DNA of 16,527 nt from a bacterium (GTDB taxonomy: Bacteria > SZUA-182 > DTGQ01): positions 1 through 16,527 of the forward strand of contig JBFMGO010000126.1 of NCBI GenBank assembly GCA_040752695.1. Reading direction: 5' to 3'. The position numbers and the translations under genes were made by a program. The first letter of the stretch is position 1. Each line of letters starts with the position of its first letter. The notes beneath the pieces were generated by a model that did not search any database, was not told the origin of the DNA, and saw only the letters and a program-made list of their open reading frames with translations. Positions 15,342 through 16,527 of the stretch are shown here, piece after piece.

Positions 15342-16527
15342 ATGTCAAGAGCAGCGCCGCATAAAGTTCGGGATAACCAGCATCTCAACGGCGATGGCAA
15401 GTCGAGGATTGAGACAGTAAAAACTGACTCAGAACTTCAGACACGGCAGGATTCACGGCCAAAGCGCATCTACCTTTCTCCTCCCCATATAGGGGTGGAG
15501 GAAATAAGATTTGTGATGGAGGCATTTGAAACCAACTGGATCGCACCCTTAGGACCGCAGGTGGATGCCTTTGAAGAGGAATTTTCAAAGACAGTAGGCT
15601 GCAAGCAAGCGGTTGCTCTGTCTTCAGGTACGGCTGCTCTTCATCTGGCCTTGAGACTGATCGGAGTAGGTCCGGGTGATGAGGTAGTATGCTCTACCCT
15701 GACCTTTATTGCCAGCGCATCACCGATTACCTATCTGGGTGCCAAACCGGCCTTTATCGATAGCGACCGGCTAACCTGGAACATGGATCCGGGATTGCTG
15801 GCCGAAGAGCTCAAAGAGCGTGACAAATGGAAGAGACTTCCCAAAGCTGTTGTTCTCGTCCATCTCTACGGCCAGAGTGCGGATATTGATCCTATCCTCG
15901 AAACCTGTAACCGATACGATATACCCCTGATCGAAGATGCTGCCGAAGCACTTGGATCCACCTACAAGGATCGATCACCCGGTACTATTGGCAGAGCTGG
16001 CATTTACTCATTCAACGGCAATAAGATCATTACCACATCGGGTGGAGGCATGCTGGTTTCATGTGATGATGCTCTCGTGAGCGGGGCTCGTTTTTTAGCC
16101 ACACAGGCTCGTGATCCGGCCCCGCATTACGAGCATTCGGTCATAGGCTATAACTATCGGATGAGCAACGTACTGGCCGGGATCGGCAGAGGGCAGATCC
16201 GTGCTTTGCCTGGACGGATTGAGGCCAGGCGGCGCAACTACGAATTTTATCATGCCGCCTTAGCCGATATTGACGGTTTGGAGTTCATGCCTGAAGCTCC
16301 CTATGGAAAGTGCACACGCTGGCTTACCTGCCTGACCATCGACCCGAATAGATGCGGTACAGACAGAGATGCCATCATTGCAGCGCTTAGCCGGGAAAAT
16401 ATTGAGTCAAGACCGGTCTGGAAACCCCTCCATCTTCAATCAGCCTTTCAAGGTTGCATATGCCGTGGCGGAACCGTGGCTGAAGATCTCTTTATCAGAG
16501 GTCTCTGCCTTCCCTCCGGATCAAACC
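15342..16527 (+). CDS. DegT/DnrJ/EryC1/StrS PLP-dependent aminotransferase (PglE/EpsN-like), truncated by the window end
   Basis: Manual translation from ATG 15342 after AAGGAG (15331-15336) gives RIYLSPPH, NWIAPLGPQVDAFE, SSGTAALHLAL, VHLYGQ, IEDAAEALG, SFNGNKIITTSGGG (PLP Lys at 16023), GYNYRMSN, ESRPVWKPLH and GLCLPSGSN at the edge. Confidence 0.93.
   Translation, partial: MSRAAPHKVRDNQHLNGDGKSRIETVKTDSELQTRQDSRPKRIYLSPPHIGVEEIRFVMEAFETNWIAPLGPQVDAFEEEFSKTVGCKQAVALSSGTAALHLALRLIGVGPGDEVVCSTLTFIASASPITYLGAKPAFIDSDRLTWNMDPGLLAEELKERDKWKRLPKAVVLVHLYGQSADIDPILETCNRYDIPLIEDAAEALGSTYKDRSPGTIGRAGIYSFNGNKIITTSGGGMLVSCDDALVSGARFLATQARDPAPHYEHSVIGYNYRMSNVLAGIGRGQIRALPGRIEARRRNYEFYHAALADIDGLEFMPEAPYGKCTRWLTCLTIDPNRCGTDRDAIIAALSRENIESRPVWKPLHLQSAFQGCICRGGTVAEDLFIRGLCLPSGSN

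Noticed and set aside
843..15588. Numerous short minus-strand and off-frame ORFs in the track
   Set aside because: They overlap well-supported + strand genes and show no family motifs.

Overview
A bacterial, single-orientation (+ strand) Wzx/Wzy-dependent surface polysaccharide (EPS/capsule) locus, entered at an AT-rich promoter region and cut off inside the last gene. Gene order: short OPX export protein (Wza-like), Wzc-like co-polymerase/BY-kinase, two alpha/beta-hydrolase-fold proteins resembling the exosortase-A-associated hydrolase 2/1 pair, a WbpB(WlbA)-WbpD(WlbB) fusion, Wzx flippase, Wzy-like polymerase, two GT4 glycosyltransferases, then PglC-, PglD- and PglE-like genes (EpsL/M/N-like). 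The last gene is absent from the ORF track because it runs off the window. The standout observation is an insert of about 170 aa inside the Wzc kinase domain, between Walker A' and Walker B. It reads as a DUF4388/PATAN-like domain containing a tandem MshEN-type c-di-GMP-binding motif, which suggests a nucleotide-sensing polysaccharide co-polymerase. All family calls come from motif recognition by eye; no searches were run.
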